Part shown: one piece after another, positions 62,246 to 64,000 of the stretch
Layout: each line of letters begins with the position of its first letter
How positions within the stretch are numbered: position 1 is the first letter of the stretch
Assembly (NCBI RefSeq): GCF_030144855.1
Contig: NC_082731.1
Location: 26,102,001 to 26,166,000 of the forward strand
Direction: 5' to 3'
Source: Hypanus sabinus
Taxonomy: Eukaryota
Length of the DNA stretch: 64,000 bases
Notes under the pieces: model-generated
What the model was told of the DNA's origin: nothing
Database searches by the model: none
What the model saw: the letters and a program-made list of their open reading frames with translations, nothing else
Program-made: the position numbers and the translations under genes

Positions 62246-64000
62246 GTAAGTGTGAGCATCCTCTTCTTCTGGTAAATGTATATGTTTGTTTGTTTGTTTG
62301 TTTTTTTTTTGTTGCTGGCTGTTAGCTAATAGCAGGGAGAGAAACTGGCCATAGAAATAAAGTCACTTAAAGTTCATTCCAAGGGGAACTGTAACCCACC
62401 CATGTAGCGACTGCATTGAACACGAAATTCGAGACCTCTTTGCACAATGGCTCAACTCGTAGTGTTGTTACTTCATTAAGAAAGAAACCAAGGCTCAATA
62501 CTGAACTCGGTGCAGCATTCATGGAGTCTTCACACTCTCCCTGTGACCACGAGGGATTCCTCTGGGTGTCTGTTCCTATTGCCCCTCCCAACTTCCAAAT
62601 GTCATGAAGATTTTCAGTTTAATTGAACATTCCAAATTATTCTCTGTGGCTCAGTGAGCTGCAGAATATTAGGTGAGTTAACGGGAGATTGCAGTGAGGT
62701 CTGTGAAGATCTAATGCAGGGTAATTAGAATTGGATCTGCGCAAAAGCATTGTAAATACCTGGTTAAAGATCAGCGGGATGTCACTAGGCCGAAGAACTT
62801 CTGTTGGTGTCCATTTTTCTATGACTATGTTGCTGCAGCAAAACAAGAATAAATCCAACATGAATTCCTTTTGTCTTCGCACCTTTCATATATATTTCCA
62901 ATATTCTCTCCTATCCTATTTATGTTCTTTAGAGTTAAATTCACCTGGAACGTTACTCCTTATATACTTTTTGTAATATTCTTGGACCTAACTGCTTTGC
63001 ATTTGAATCTTAAAAACGTCTTCCCACGCCCCTCTTTCAACTATTTTAATTATATCCTGTTACCAGCCAACTGCTACTGAAAATAACATTCCTTGCTTTA
63101 TTTTCTCAGATTACTTTTAAACTGAAGCTAAAGGATCATGTTTCAGTGAAATGTGTTTGCTGTGAAATATTCAGTATGTCAGAAAATTTTCATAAATGTG
63201 CTCGAAGAATTAGCAGTTCGTGTAGTGGGTGTGGAGGAAGAAACAGGTTTATCATTTTAGGTCGATGAATTTTCATCGCTTGCTCTTTCAGCAGCCGTGA
63301 CTGGAATATTCACAGCTATTGCCAGCAGAATAAAAGGCAGCCAGCTGATAAGTTCATACGCTGAATTGTTGCGTATTGAGAAACTATTCAATGTACCTCT
63401 GTCAAAGCAGTAAAGTGTTAAGAAAGAGTAAATTTTACATCAGTAAACACAGCTGATTGTAGAGAATAACTTCTCTACTTACTAGCTTGTAAAGCTCCAT
63501 AGGTCCTGGAATCGTATGGCCGTAAATATAACACTCTCCCGCACACCCACCTCCACCCACACCGACGTTTGATAGGGAAAGAGAGAAAATTAAAACTGAC
63601 AACTGAATGTAAGGCTTGATAACCGTAGTCGATTAAAAAAATGTTGCCAGGAAAGTGCAATAGTTTATATAAATAAGTTGCAAGGCTGCGATGAGATAGA
63701 TTGAGGGGTCAAGATTCCATTATATTGTACAAGAGCAAAAATTAAAGGAGATGTTTTAAATTAACCATTGTGCTAATGGTTTCCAATTAAATGTTGGTTT
63801 ATTCTATTCGTTCTGTAAGTGATGTGTTCAGACAGGGTGTTGAATCTGAACATAATAAAATATGAGGCATTCACTAGCAGGCAGGATATGGAAGAACGGA
63901 ATCTAACTTCTATGCCAAAGAACGTAAAGTAAAGGGATTTCAATTCCATCAAATAATTTGGAAGAAAAGGTTGAAATGAAGCATAATAAGAAATTGTCAA

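Noticed and set aside
48200-64000. TCR constant-region exon
   Set aside because: No ORF or frame with a C1-set pattern (CL..xFYP...W...C) was seen; a TBLASTN is needed to exclude it formally
1-64000. Remaining short ORF-track entries as novel genes; CRISPR, rRNA or tRNA features
   Set aside because: They are LINE fragments, antisense frames of V genes or chance ORFs; no repeat-spacer array or structural RNA was recognised

Overview
Eukaryotic (vertebrate) genomic DNA from a cartilaginous fish; the repeat content suggests a ray or skate (inference). It covers the V-D-J junction of a T-cell receptor alpha/delta-type locus, and all immune segments are on the + strand. Left part (1-42 kb): five immunoglobulin heavy-chain-like (IgW-type) V segments, each with a split leader and a 3' 23-spacer RSS. 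Two are intact and have no D of their own (3.3 kb, 16.5 kb). Two are pseudogenes that keep one IgH-type 12/12 D (8.9 kb, 26.1 kb). These four sit in a ~15-kb tandemly duplicated cassette. The fifth heads a complete but decayed IgH V-D1-D2-JH mini-cluster with no constant region (40.4-42.1 kb). Right part (47-64 kb): two TCR-delta-type D segments (12/23 RSS) and an array of at least 11 TCR J segments or pseudo-J segments with 12-spacer RSS. No conventional TCR V and no constant exon were found in the window. The rest is CR1 and L1/Tx1-like LINE fragments, LTR relics (one with a tRNA-Pro PBS), mariner/piggyBac relics and two copies of a DNAJC7 retrocopy fragment. Most ORF-track entries are LINE debris or chance ORFs. 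Everything was read by eye; no alignment or database search was run, and repeat boundaries are approximate.
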